Source: an uncultured Chloroflexia bacterium (lineage in GTDB: Bacteria; Chloroflexota; Chloroflexia; Thermomicrobiales; UBA6265). From it: a DNA stretch of 64,000 bases. This document shows, piece after piece, positions 52,647 through 61,303 of this stretch. The DNA lies in contig CAVRUC010000005.1 in the NCBI GenBank assembly GCA_963724295.1, positions 256,001 to 320,000 of the forward strand, given 5' to 3'. Every line of letters begins with the position of its first letter. Position 1 is the stretch's first letter. The position numbers and the translations under genes are program-made. Under the pieces are notes generated by a model. It was not told where the DNA came from and did not search any database. It saw only the letters and a program-made list of their open reading frames with translations.

Positions 52647-53475
52647 TCAAACGAGGCCTCGGTGGCCGGCCAGACGTCGCTGGCGGGCAGCCTCGAAGAG
52701 GATCACGGCTCCGGCCACAGCCGCGTTGAGCGACTCCAACCCGCGCGCCAGCGGGATGCCAACCTCATCAGTTGCCCACGCCGCTAGTTCAGGGCCAATC
52801 CCCTCCGTCTCACCACCGATGATCAGCGCCGTCGCTCCAGCCCAGTTGGTCGCGTCATAGGGACGCGTCACCGCTGCACTTGCGACCACGCGGCGTGGCA
52901 GCCGCTCGCGTAATTCCTCCAGAGTCCCGGCGTCGAGGGGGATGAGCGGAACACGAAAATGCGCCCCCATCCCGGCGCGGACCACCTTCGGGTTCCAGGG
53001 GTCGACCGTCTCAGGCGAGAGATAGACCGCGTTCACGCCCGCTCCGGCGGCAGAGCGCAGGAGCGTCCCCAGGTTGCCGGGATCGCGCAGCCGGTCGAGC
53101 ACCAAAACCAGCGGCGCCGGGTCATCTGGATCGGGAGTCAGGTTCGGGAAGGGGAATACCGCCAGAATCCCCTGGGGCGTTTGCACGTCACTCAACCGGT
53201 CGAAGAGCCGTTGGCTCGACGACGCGCACGGGGACTCGTGCCGACGGTGCCAGCTCTCGCCACGAGTCCAGCTCCCCCTGCCGCACGAGAAGCAATCGCG
53301 GGACGGCGCCGGTCTCCAGCGCATCGTGGACGGCCCGAACCCCTTCCACGACAAACGCTCCCTCGGCAGCACGACGATCGCGCCGTGCAAGCGAGCGCAC
53401 CAGGACGATGGCTGGGTTGGCGGCGGAGGTGATGACCTCGGTGGAGGGAGGGTTGCTGCGCTCAGGAGGTGTCAC
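52647..53475 (-). CDS. TrmH/SpoU family RNA methyltransferase; frameshift near 53214
   Basis: ITSAANP, FVVEGVR in frame 1; TPQGILAV, LRDPGNLGTLLRSA, ESLNAAVA in frame 2. Confidence 0.9.
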
Positions 53476-53480
53476 GTCGT

Positions 53481-53748
53481 TCAGGGGGTGTCGCTGCGCA
53501 TAGGGGGGGTCGGCTTCGCCTCAGGGGGTGCCGGCGGCTTCGCCGCCTCAGGGGGAGTCGCCTTCGGCTCAGGGGAAGAAGGACGAGGACGGTCTCCCTC
53601 GGTCTCCTTCACCCCCTACGGGAGCGAAGCGACCAACACCCCCTGAGTCCGCGCAGCGGACGCCTCCCCCTGAGGGAGCAAAGCGACCGGCTCCCCCTGA
53701 AGCCGCTCTAGCGGCTGCCACCCCCTGAGCCGTAGGCGACTCCCCCTA
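53481..53748. repeat. Modular palindromic REP/BIME-like array, copy 2
   Basis: Same TCAGGGGG/CCCCCTGA framework, hinge and hairpin modules as 9898-10152, with different unit number and order. Confidence 0.8.
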
Positions 53749-54108
53749 CTTCGCGGCGAGCGCCTGCTTTGCGGTATCGACGACGGCACTGAAGCCGGCC
53801 GCGTCGCGCACCGCCAGGTCGGCCAGCATCTTGCGATCGACGGCGATCCCGGCCAGCGACAGCCCATTCACGAACTTGGAGTACGGAAGGCCGTTCAGCC
53901 GGGATGCGGCATTGATGCGGATGATCCAGAGACGGCGCATGTCGCGCTTGCGGGTGCGTCGATCCCGGTAGGCATTGGCCAGCGCCCGCATGAGCGACTC
54001 ATGGGCGCGCTTGTAGAGGCGATTGTTCGTGCCGTAGTGGCCCTTGACCTGCGCCAGGACCTTCTTGTGACGCTTGTGGGCGGTGACGCCGCGCTTGACG
54101 CGAGCCAT
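53746..54108 (-). CDS. rplT: 50S ribosomal protein L20
   Basis: [38 protein letters not shown]. Confidence 0.98.
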   Translation of the reverse strand: MARVKRGVTAHKRHKKVLAQVKGHYGTNNRLYKRAHESLMRALANAYRDRRTRKRDMRRLWIIRINAASRLNGLPYSKFVNGLSLAGIAVDRKMLADLAVRDAAGFSAVVDTAKQALAAK

Positions 54109-54232
54109 GGTTCTCGTTCACTCCTCGACCCAGCGGTCTCGTCGGGGCCGCTGACGCCCGGCGTGGACACCCCACGCGCGCCGCCGTGCGGCGCAACGCC
54201 GGGGAGGAGACCCCGGCGTCATTGGTCCGTAC

Positions 54233-54454
54233 CTACGCTCCGTACGGCAGGAGCTTCTCGACAGCGCCCGCGTTGGAGCTGTCCAGCACCAACATGCGGT
54301 CAAACTGTCGCTTCACGCGCGGCGCCTTCCGGCGCCGGAAGTGACTCTTCATCCCCTTCGTGCGCATGATCTTGCCGGTCGCGGTGATTTTGAACCGCTT
54401 CTTGGCCCCCTTGTGGGTTTTCATCTTCGGCGGCTTGGTCGACGACTTGCTCAC
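54233..54454 (-). CDS. rpmI: 50S ribosomal protein L35
   Basis: PKMKTHKGAKKRFKITATGK, KLLPY. Confidence 0.96.
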   Translation of the reverse strand: MSKSSTKPPKMKTHKGAKKRFKITATGKIMRTKGMKSHFRRRKAPRVKRQFDRMLVLDSSNAGAVEKLLPYGA

Positions 54455-55025
54455 GGGTTCGGTTTCCTTCCTTTTCGCGTTCCCGTTCCCGGTCCGCCAC
54501 GCTCACTTTCGCCTTCAGCGGAGCCATGAACATGATCATGGTCCGGCCTTCCATCCGCGGCGGCTGTTCGACGGTGCCGTGCGGACGGAGCTGATCGGCG
54601 AGCTGATCGAGGAGCGCTTTACCCAGATCCGGGTGGGCCATCTCGCGGCCGCGAAAGAGGACGGTCAGCTTGACCTTGTCTCCGGCGTTGAGGAACTTCG
54701 CGGCCTGGCGACCTTTCGTCTCGAGGTCATGGTCGTCGATCTTGGGCCGGATGCGGACCTCTTTCAGTTCGATGACGTGCTGATGGCGGCGGGACTCGCG
54801 CTCTTTGCGGCTCTGCTCGTAGCGGAACTTGCCGTAGTCCATGAGCCGGCAGACCGGTGGCATGGCATTTGGCGCCACCTCGACCAGGTCGAGTCCCCGC
54901 TCGCGCGCCATCTGGAGCGCGTCAAATGTTGGAATGACGCCGACTTGCTCGCCGTTCTCGTCGATCAGCCGGACTTCGCGAATCCGGATACGCTCATTGA
55001 TCCGTGTTTGGACGGGTCTGGAAAT
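54300..55025 (-). CDS. infC: Translation initiation factor IF-3 (AUU start)
   Basis: GGAGG-N6-ATT start; RINERIRIREVRLIDENG, DLVEVAPNA.PPVC, GDKVK...FRGRE. Confidence 0.95.
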   Translation of the reverse strand: MSRPVQTRINERIRIREVRLIDENGEQVGVIPTFDALQMARERGLDLVEVAPNAMPPVCRLMDYGKFRYEQSRKERESRRHQHVIELKEVRIRPKIDDHDLETKGRQAAKFLNAGDKVKLTVLFRGREMAHPDLGKALLDQLADQLRPHGTVEQPPRMEGRTMIMFMAPLKAKVSVADREREREKEGNRTREQVVDQAAEDENPQGGQEAVQNHRDRQDHAHEGDEESLPAPEGAAREATV

Positions 55026-55118
55026 AACCTGCCTCCATTACCCATTGCCGGGTATCGCTGCAACACAGGAACGCGCCGGGGGCAATCTCCGGCGCGGTCG
55101 CCTTCAGGCTAGAGGCGA

Positions 55119-55148
55119 AGTGTATCACCGCTGCGGCCTCTCGGTCAA
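55119..55148 (-). promoter_or_regulatory. infC operon promoter
   Basis: TTGACC-N18-TACACT with TG extension; the leader has a strong hairpin CGCGCCGGAG-attg-CCCCCGGCGCG. Confidence 0.55.
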
Positions 55149-55256
55149 TCGTCTTGCCGCGCTGGCACGTCGATTTTCCTGCGAGATGACGCCGAAAACG
55201 GGCCTGGGTGAAGGGCGCCGCGTCGGTATGGTCGAGGCCCCGATTTGCAGACCGTG

Positions 55257-55712
55257 TTAGGGCTGTTGGAAGCTGGCGACGGCGATCGTCAGCTCGCCGG
55301 CCGCTGGGTCCGTGGCGAAGACGACAGTCCCTTCCCTCGTCTCACCACCGGCCAGGAAATCGAGGGTGAACTCCCTCTGCTGCGACGATCCGTCACTGCC
55401 GGCCAGCTCAGCCTGAATCAGCACTTCCTGCGCGGTGCGCCCTCCCCGGTTCGTCACGGCGACTGGCAGGACGTACGACTGCCCCTCATGCCGGATCTCC
55501 TCCAGCAACGGCTTCGCCTCGACGATCGGTGGTTCGCTGCCGCCGCTGATCGACACGTACGTCACCAGAGCGACCAGTGCCACGATCAGGCTGACGCTGA
55601 TGGCCAGGGTGGTCCACTCCGCCGCGGAGCGCCCACGCGGTCCAGTCGCCTCCTGTCCGTCCTCCTCTCGGGTCTGAGGCTGAGCTGACTCACTGCCCGT
55701 GCCGCGCGCCAT
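55257..55712 (-). CDS. TIGR02588-like protein
   Basis: AEWTTLAIS TM segment, VTNRGGRTA, DFLAGGE; TGATG coupling to the upstream gene. Confidence 0.75.
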   Translation of the reverse strand: MARGTGSESAQPQTREEDGQEATGPRGRSAAEWTTLAISVSLIVALVALVTYVSISGGSEPPIVEAKPLLEEIRHEGQSYVLPVAVTNRGGRTAQEVLIQAELAGSDGSSQQREFTLDFLAGGETREGTVVFATDPAAGELTIAVASFQQP

Positions 55713-56629
55713 CACACGACCAATCTCCCGGCCGCCCCGCCGATCGCCGCCGGCAGACCCAGCACGAGGACCATCGCCACGATCTCACCCAGCGGATCGC
55801 CCCACTCGATGCGGTCAAAGAGGAGAAGAGCGGCCAGCGCGACCAGGAGGGAGAGGACGTACGCCAGGACCGTCTCGGTCAGCGGGCTCTGAAACGGACC
55901 TTGCTGCTCGTGCTGCCCGGTACCGAACCCGCTGGCGAAGACGATGATGTAGGTCAGCAGCAGCGACAGCGCGATCAGCGCCAGGGCGTGCGCGTAGTCC
56001 AGCTCGGCGGCGAGCATCGGGATCTCGTCGGTGGGGGCGATCGAGAAGGAGAGGAAGAGGGCCCCGATGAGCGTGGCGCCGAAGTCGGCGACGAATGCCT
56101 GTCCCGCGCTCTGGGATTCTCCGCTGACCTCGTCGCCCTCACGGCTCCGTTCGCCATGAGGTCCGAAGATCGCGTTGGCTACCGCGACGCCGATACTGAT
56201 CGGCACCGCCTGGGCGATCACCTTGCCCAGCACGCTGCCGAGCGGGTCGCCAAATTGGATGCGGTTGAGCACGGTGAGGACGATCACCGCGCCGACCAGA
56301 CCGACGGCGACGCCGTCGATAGCTTGCTCGAGGCTGGCGAAGCGGCTGGTCTCCTCCTTGAACCCACCCGATCGCGTGCGGGCCAGAGCGAGGCTGACCA
56401 GGGCGGCAACCCCGAGGAAGAGCATCAGCTTCCAGAGCTCGGCGGTGGTCCCGATCCACCACATCTCCATCGTGTAGAGGAGCGGGGTGGCGACGATGAA
56501 GCCGCCGCTGACGGCGCGCAGAACGTCCTGAAGCTCCTTGCCCCAGGAGCCCTTGGGGTGCTCCCGCCGACCGCGCTGCCTCCCCGGGTCGGGCGCTTCA
56601 ACAGTGCTCCGAGGCTGATGCGCGATCAT
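55712..56629 (-). CDS. TIGR02587-like (DUF2391) integral membrane protein
   Basis: PLLYTMEMWWIG, IAPTDEI, LGLPAAIGGAAGRL. Confidence 0.8.
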   Translation of the reverse strand: MIAHQPRSTVEAPDPGRQRGRREHPKGSWGKELQDVLRAVSGGFIVATPLLYTMEMWWIGTTAELWKLMLFLGVAALVSLALARTRSGGFKEETSRFASLEQAIDGVAVGLVGAVIVLTVLNRIQFGDPLGSVLGKVIAQAVPISIGVAVANAIFGPHGERSREGDEVSGESQSAGQAFVADFGATLIGALFLSFSIAPTDEIPMLAAELDYAHALALIALSLLLTYIIVFASGFGTGQHEQQGPFQSPLTETVLAYVLSLLVALAALLLFDRIEWGDPLGEIVAMVLVLGLPAAIGGAAGRLVV

Positions 56630-56694
56630 CGATCGACCATCTGGCGACTCCAATCACTCGTGAGCTCGTAGAAGATACCTTGTTGTGCGGGCGG

Positions 56695-56772
56695 GATGGT
56701 AAGTTGGTAAGTCGGTAAGTCGGTAAGTGGAAACGAGAGACGGCAAGACGGCGAGACGGCGAGACGGCAAGG
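56695..56772. repeat. Octamer tandem tracts (GTCGGTAA; GACGGC[A/G]A)
   Basis: Directly visible. Confidence 0.85.
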
Positions 56773-56989
56773 ACGAGAATAGCCAGTAGCCGAAAGTCCA
56801 TCTTCGCCGACGTCATGCGAAACGGTGCGGGCGCGGTGGGCGTCATGGAGCGCAGAGGCCACGAGGCGGGGCCCGCTCCACTATGTCGCAAGGGGGTGGG
56901 ATGACGCTCCGGGCCATCGCTGAGCGCGATACGCAGGGGCGAGTCGCGCTCAGCGGAAACGACCCGCGAGAGAAGGTGGAGTAAGCACC

Positions 56990-57769
56990 ATGGGCAACGG
57001 ACGACTCTTCTCAATAGCCACGGCCGCAGTCGTGGTCTTGAACCTCGGCGTGGTGACCGCCTCGGGCGCGGATGCCGCCCAGGGTGGCGGCAACGACCTC
57101 TGTGTCGCCGTCAGCGGCGGCACGGTGCAGAACGCCACCGTCCTGGATATCGTGGCCGACGGCGGCACCGCCATCGGCGACGCCAGCGGCGGGAGCGGCA
57201 ACCTGGCGGCAGACGCCGGCAACGACAACGACAACGATAACGGCGGCAACAACAACCGCGACAATGGCAATGGCAACGGAAACAACGACAACGACAACGG
57301 CAACGACAACGACAACGACAACAACAACGACAACGGCAACAACAACCGGAACAACTGGTCGGCCGAGTCGGTCCTGTCGTTGGAGCAGCGACTGCTGCAG
57401 ACGGATACCGCGAGTGCGGGTAACGCCGGAGTGGCTACGGCATCCGCCGACGGCGGCGCCGTCTCCATCCAGGACATCAACAGCGGCGGCAATGCCGGCA
57501 ACGCGATCTCGGTCGGCGACACCGTCTGCCCCGGGGCCGTGGGCCCCGCTCATGGTGGCGAAAAGGCTGGCGGCGGTAACGTCATCAAGACCGGCGGCGG
57601 TGGTGGTGGTGGCCGCGGCGGTCAGGTGCGGGCCCTGCCGAAGACCGGCGTTGGCGAGCTCGGCGGCGCCAGCGGCAGCCTGATCCTGGCGCTCGGCGCG
57701 CTGGGCATGATGGGTCTCTCGGTGGGCACCCGGCTCGACCGGCGAGCCGTCCAGATCGGAGATCGCTAA
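56990..57769 (+). CDS. Putative sortase-anchored (LPKTG) protein with one AB module and an Asn-rich insert
   Basis: Signal peptide; VAVSGGTVQNAT...ADGGTAIGDASGG; (ND/NG)n; TASAGNAGVATASADGG...DINSGGNAGNAISVG; LPKTG + hydrophobic stretch + RLDRR. Confidence 0.8.
   Translation: MGNGRLFSIATAAVVVLNLGVVTASGADAAQGGGNDLCVAVSGGTVQNATVLDIVADGGTAIGDASGGSGNLAADAGNDNDNDNGGNNNRDNGNGNGNNDNDNGNDNDNDNNNDNGNNNRNNWSAESVLSLEQRLLQTDTASAGNAGVATASADGGAVSIQDINSGGNAGNAISVGDTVCPGAVGPAHGGEKAGGGNVIKTGGGGGGGRGGQVRALPKTGVGELGGASGSLILALGALGMMGLSVGTRLDRRAVQIGDR
57221..57355 (+). repeat. AAC/GAC/GGC codon microsatellite encoding an Asn-rich tract
   Basis: aacgac repeats; NDNDNDNGGNNNRDNGNGNGNNDNDNGNDNDNDNNNDNGNNNRNN. Confidence 0.9.
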
Positions 57770-57823
57770 CCCGGCGATGGCTTCCGGTGCCGGCCGATAG
57801 GACCTTTTCCTTTTGATCCGGGA

Positions 57824-57852
57824 TTGACATTCCCACACTCGGGGATTAGGGT
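57824..57852 (+). promoter_or_regulatory. Putative promoter for the small BA-module gene
   Basis: TTGACA-N17-TAGGGT, downstream of a hairpin and T-tract closing the LPKTG gene. Confidence 0.5.
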
Positions 57853-57957
57853 ACCTTTGAAGCCGGATATGAATCGGACCGCAGTCCGAGACATGACCGG
57901 AGCGCTGAACGCAGAGGGGAAGCAGCGCGTACGCAGATAGGGCTCAGGGAGGGGTAG

Positions 57958-58335
57958 ATGAACAAGCGGATTGGTACCGCCGTAGTGGCCGGTGGCGCGA
58001 TTGGCGTCGCGGGCGTGTCGACCGCGTCAGCCCAGTCAATCCTCGGGCTGCGCGACAAGTTCTTTGGTGGCGGCGAGGAGTTCGTGGATACCGCTTCCGC
58101 CGGTAACGGCGGTGTGGCAACGGCCTCGGCCAATGGTGGCGCGGTCTCGGCCGGCGACATCAACAGCGGCGGCAACGTCTGCAACGCCATCGGCATCGGC
58201 AACACGTACGGGCCGGACCCGGACGTCTATGGTGGCGACTGCCTCAACACCACGGCACTCGGCATCACCGTCGACGGTGGCACCGCCATCGCGGACGCCT
58301 CGGGTGGTGATTACAACCTCGCCTTCGTCAGCTAA
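57958..58335 (+). CDS. Small secreted protein with a circularly permuted BA module and two Cys
   Basis: Signal ending STASA; DTASAGNGGVATASANGG...GDINSGGNVCNAIGIG (B) then VYGGDCLNTTALGITVDGGTAIADASGG (A). Confidence 0.8.
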   Translation: MNKRIGTAVVAGGAIGVAGVSTASAQSILGLRDKFFGGGEEFVDTASAGNGGVATASANGGAVSAGDINSGGNVCNAIGIGNTYGPDPDVYGGDCLNTTALGITVDGGTAIADASGGDYNLAFVS

Positions 58336-58342
58336 GCACAAC

Positions 58343-58396
58343 GCCCCTCGCATGAGGGGCATGTGACGCAGCGCCTCCCACCTGGTGGGGGGCGCT
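58343..58396. terminator. Tandem hairpins after the small secreted gene
   Basis: GCCCCTC-gcat-GAGGGGC and AGCGCCTCCCA...TGGGGGGCGCT. Confidence 0.6.
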
Positions 58397-58572
58397 AGCG
58401 TTTCCAGCGAGATTTTCGCGACCGATCACGTTCAAGCTCAAGCTCGAGCCCGTCGAGCTGGGCCGGCATCAGGTTGGCCTGCCAGGTCGCCGTGACGCTG
58501 CGCCCGCTGTGGCGGCCATCGTCCGCGGTGCCGTACGATGTGGGCCGAACGTAATGATCGAGGGAGATACCT

Positions 58573-58860
58573 ATGGCCCAGCATGAAGGCGAGACGTTTG
58601 CAAACGCGACCGTTGTCCTCGACGGCAACGACTACCGCAACTGCACCTTCAACAACTGCCAGATCGTGTTCAACGGCACGGACTCGGTGTCACTGTTCGG
58701 GATCAACTTCAACGACTGCACCTGGACCTTTGACGGACCAGCCGGACGCACCATCGACTTCATGACCGCGCTCTACAAGGCGGGCCTGACGGAGCTGATC
58801 GACGGCACGTTCGAGAACATCCGGAGCGGCACCCGGCAGGAAGCGGCACCGCCGGGGTGA
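58573..58860 (+). CDS. Small hypothetical protein with pentapeptide-like beta-helix repeats
   Basis: GAGGGAG RBS; LDGNDYRNCTFNNCQIVF...FNDCTWTF. Confidence 0.7.
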   Translation: MAQHEGETFANATVVLDGNDYRNCTFNNCQIVFNGTDSVSLFGINFNDCTWTFDGPAGRTIDFMTALYKAGLTELIDGTFENIRSGTRQEAAPPG

Positions 58861-58972
58861 CGGGTTGCGGGGTGGTTACTCGCTGCGCTCGTGGTGGCGG
58901 GGTGGCGGGGTGTCTGGGCTTCGTTCTCCCTGCCACCTTGCCACCCCGCCACCCTGCCACCTCGTCACCCCG

Positions 58973-60022
58973 TCACTCCCCGAGCGGCGTGAGCAGCTCT
59001 TCGGCGACGTAGCCTTCCTCTCCGGTCGCGACCACGATCACCGGCCACCAGAGAGCATCGCCTTCGGCTTCGGCTGGTCCGGTCACTTCCAGCTCTGAGC
59101 CGAGCGGGATCGTGCTGACGATCTCGGCGTCGAGCGAGGGGCCGGCGCGCAGGTTGGCGTCCGAGTCGGCGTTGGTGACGGTGGTCCCCGGTTCGATGGC
59201 GCCCTCCGCCGGGGGAGGCGTCGCGGTCGGCGCCGACATCACGATCGCCGGGGTGACGATCGGCACTGGTGTGGACGTCGCGGCTGGCGGCTCCGTGGCG
59301 GCCGGCGTCGCGGTCGGCGATTCGGCGTCCTCGGGCGTCTCCGCGGACTCCTCGATGGTGATCACCGAGGTGGGAGCCTGGGGCGCGGCCGGCGCCGCGG
59401 TGGAAGTCGCGGCGGCTTGCGGTTGTTCAGTGGCGGGAGGAGTGACCGCCGGCGTCAGGGGCTGGGTGGTGGCGGCGGCTGGGGAGGGTGCGTCGTCCGT
59501 CGTCAACGTCGCGGCGCCGGGAGTACCGGGGATGCTCGCGACTTCGTCCAGCCCGACCCGCAGCTCCGGGGCGGTGGGGACGAGAAGGATCTCGGTCAGG
59601 GTGGCGTCGTCCGGCACCTCGAACCAGACCCAGCCACGGGCGCGCTCGCCGGCCAGCATGGTGCGTCCCGACAGAGCCGGCTCGCGGCCACCGACGGTTC
59701 CGCTGCGATAGCTGAACCCCTGGTCGTCCCGCAGATAGACACCGGTGCCGGCGAAGCTGAGGGGCTGATCTGAATCGTTGACCACCTCGACGTCGAAGCC
59801 GACGTAGCGCATCCCCGGGGCAGGCTGGGGTGGCGTGGTCAGCGTCCCGGCGTAGGGATCCTGCATGCCGTGGACGACGAACGTCCAGTCCGGAGCGGGC
59901 GCGGTCACCGCGTCAGGAGTGGCGCCCTGCCCAAACGCCGCGGGCACCCCGGTCTGGACGAGAAGAAATGCACTCGCCACGAGTAGTGCCGGCACCCACC
60001 ACAGGATGCGAAGCTGGTTCAC
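58973..60022 (-). CDS. Exported protein: Ig-like (DUF4352-like) domain, Pro/Thr linker, C-terminal SH3b
   Basis: GFDVEVVNDSD...GERARGWVWFEVP; ANLRAGPSL...WWPV...GYVAEELL. Confidence 0.8.
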   Translation of the reverse strand: MNQLRILWWVPALLVASAFLLVQTGVPAAFGQGATPDAVTAPAPDWTFVVHGMQDPYAGTLTTPPQPAPGMRYVGFDVEVVNDSDQPLSFAGTGVYLRDDQGFSYRSGTVGGREPALSGRTMLAGERARGWVWFEVPDDATLTEILLVPTAPELRVGLDEVASIPGTPGAATLTTDDAPSPAAATTQPLTPAVTPPATEQPQAAATSTAAPAAPQAPTSVITIEESAETPEDAESPTATPAATEPPAATSTPVPIVTPAIVMSAPTATPPPAEGAIEPGTTVTNADSDANLRAGPSLDAEIVSTIPLGSELEVTGPAEAEGDALWWPVIVVATGEEGYVAEELLTPLGE

Positions 60023-60160
60023 GTCACGGTCCTCCTGGCTGTCGGCTGTTGGCTGTTGGCTATCGGCTATTGGCTATTGATGACGATGCGATGACGCTGA
60101 CCGGACCGCCCATCATGCACGTTCGAGCCGGCTCGGATCTGAGCGCCGACACCGCGAACG

Positions 60161-60290
60161 TGTCATTCCGACCTCTCATTCCGAGGCCAGTGTGTCATTC
60201 CGAGCCCGCAGGCGAAGAATCTCGTGTCCCGCGCACAACCGAAACATACGACGAGATTCCTCGTGCAACGTGCAGTTCCTCGGAATGACA
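60161..60290. repeat. Palindromic GTCATTCCGAG...GAATCTC / GAGATTCC...CTCGGAATGAC element
   Basis: Three TCATTCCGA starts and an inverted CTCGGAATGACA end. Confidence 0.75.
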
Positions 60291-60394
60291 CCTGTCACGT
60301 GTCATAGCACGGAGCGATCCAGCCACCGTTCCGTCCTTCCTTATTTGGTAGAACGCACGACGGCTCGTAGCCGATAGCCGATCGCCGATCGGCG

Positions 60395-61303
60395 CTAGGG
60401 CACGGGCGTGGCGGCGCCCTCGCCGACGGTGAAGACGGCGACCATCCCCATGGCGACGTGCGGCAGCCCGGTCTCCGGGTCGAAGACGAAGCAGAGCGCG
60501 ACGTAGGTTCCCGGATCCAGATCGACCTCGGTCCAGGCGGTCAGCCCCGGGGAGAGCCACCCCATGCCGCCGACCGGTTCGAAGTCGGCGAAGGATGGTC
60601 CGCCGCCGGTGGGGGTGGCCTCCTCCGACTCGCCCGCCATCAGCTCCATGACCTGCTCGGTGGTGACGGGCTGCGGCGAGCGGGCGAGGAGGAGCTCGTG
60701 GGGCTGCTCGCCGGTGTTCGTGACCGCCCAGAGCTGCCGCCCCGGTTCGACTGTCTCCGGGAACTCGAAGTTGAAGTCGAAGAGCCGCACCGTGCCATCG
60801 GCGATCGGCTCCTCTGCCTGCGGCGTTGCGCCCGGGGTGGCCGCGTCGCCGACGACCTCGAATTGCTGGACCGTGTCGCCGAGCACCAGGTACCGCCCGG
60901 GACTGAGGTCGACGAGCGCGAGGTTGGTCTGGCCGGGCAGGGTTTCGCCGGGGAAGCCGGGGTAGATCGCCTGGAAGAGCCAGGGGGGCGGCGCCTCGGC
61001 GTCCGGTCCGAGATCGGCCACGACCTGCTCGTCGGTCACGCCTTCCGGCACCTGGAGCATGAAGCCGTGCCACGACTCCTCGCCCACGTTCTCGAGCCGG
61101 ACCAGGGTGCGACCGGCCGGGACGGTGGTCTCGGGCATCTCGAAGGCGTCGTCGTTCACCCGCACCAGCAGCTCGGGATAGCCGAGCGCCGCCAGCGCGG
61201 AGCCGGAGGTGTCCGGCGTGGCCTCCTGGTCCTGGGCCGCTATGCCGGCGGGACCGGTCAGGACAAGCGCCAGGATCACGACTACCAGCGAAAGACGATG
61301 CAC
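60395..61303 (-). CDS. Secreted two-lobed cupredoxin-like protein
   Basis: Signal peptide; C-terminal lobe PHEL...LCFVFDPETGLPHVAMGM (H-C-H-M); N-terminal lobe lacks the Cys. Confidence 0.65.
   Translation of the reverse strand: MHRLSLVVVILALVLTGPAGIAAQDQEATPDTSGSALAALGYPELLVRVNDDAFEMPETTVPAGRTLVRLENVGEESWHGFMLQVPEGVTDEQVVADLGPDAEAPPPWLFQAIYPGFPGETLPGQTNLALVDLSPGRYLVLGDTVQQFEVVGDAATPGATPQAEEPIADGTVRLFDFNFEFPETVEPGRQLWAVTNTGEQPHELLLARSPQPVTTEQVMELMAGESEEATPTGGGPSFADFEPVGGMGWLSPGLTAWTEVDLDPGTYVALCFVFDPETGLPHVAMGMVAVFTVGEGAATPVP

Noticed and set aside
58395..58628. 77-aa minus-strand ORF
   Set aside because: It overlaps the start of the better-supported 58573 gene and has no clear RBS; at most a gene remnant.
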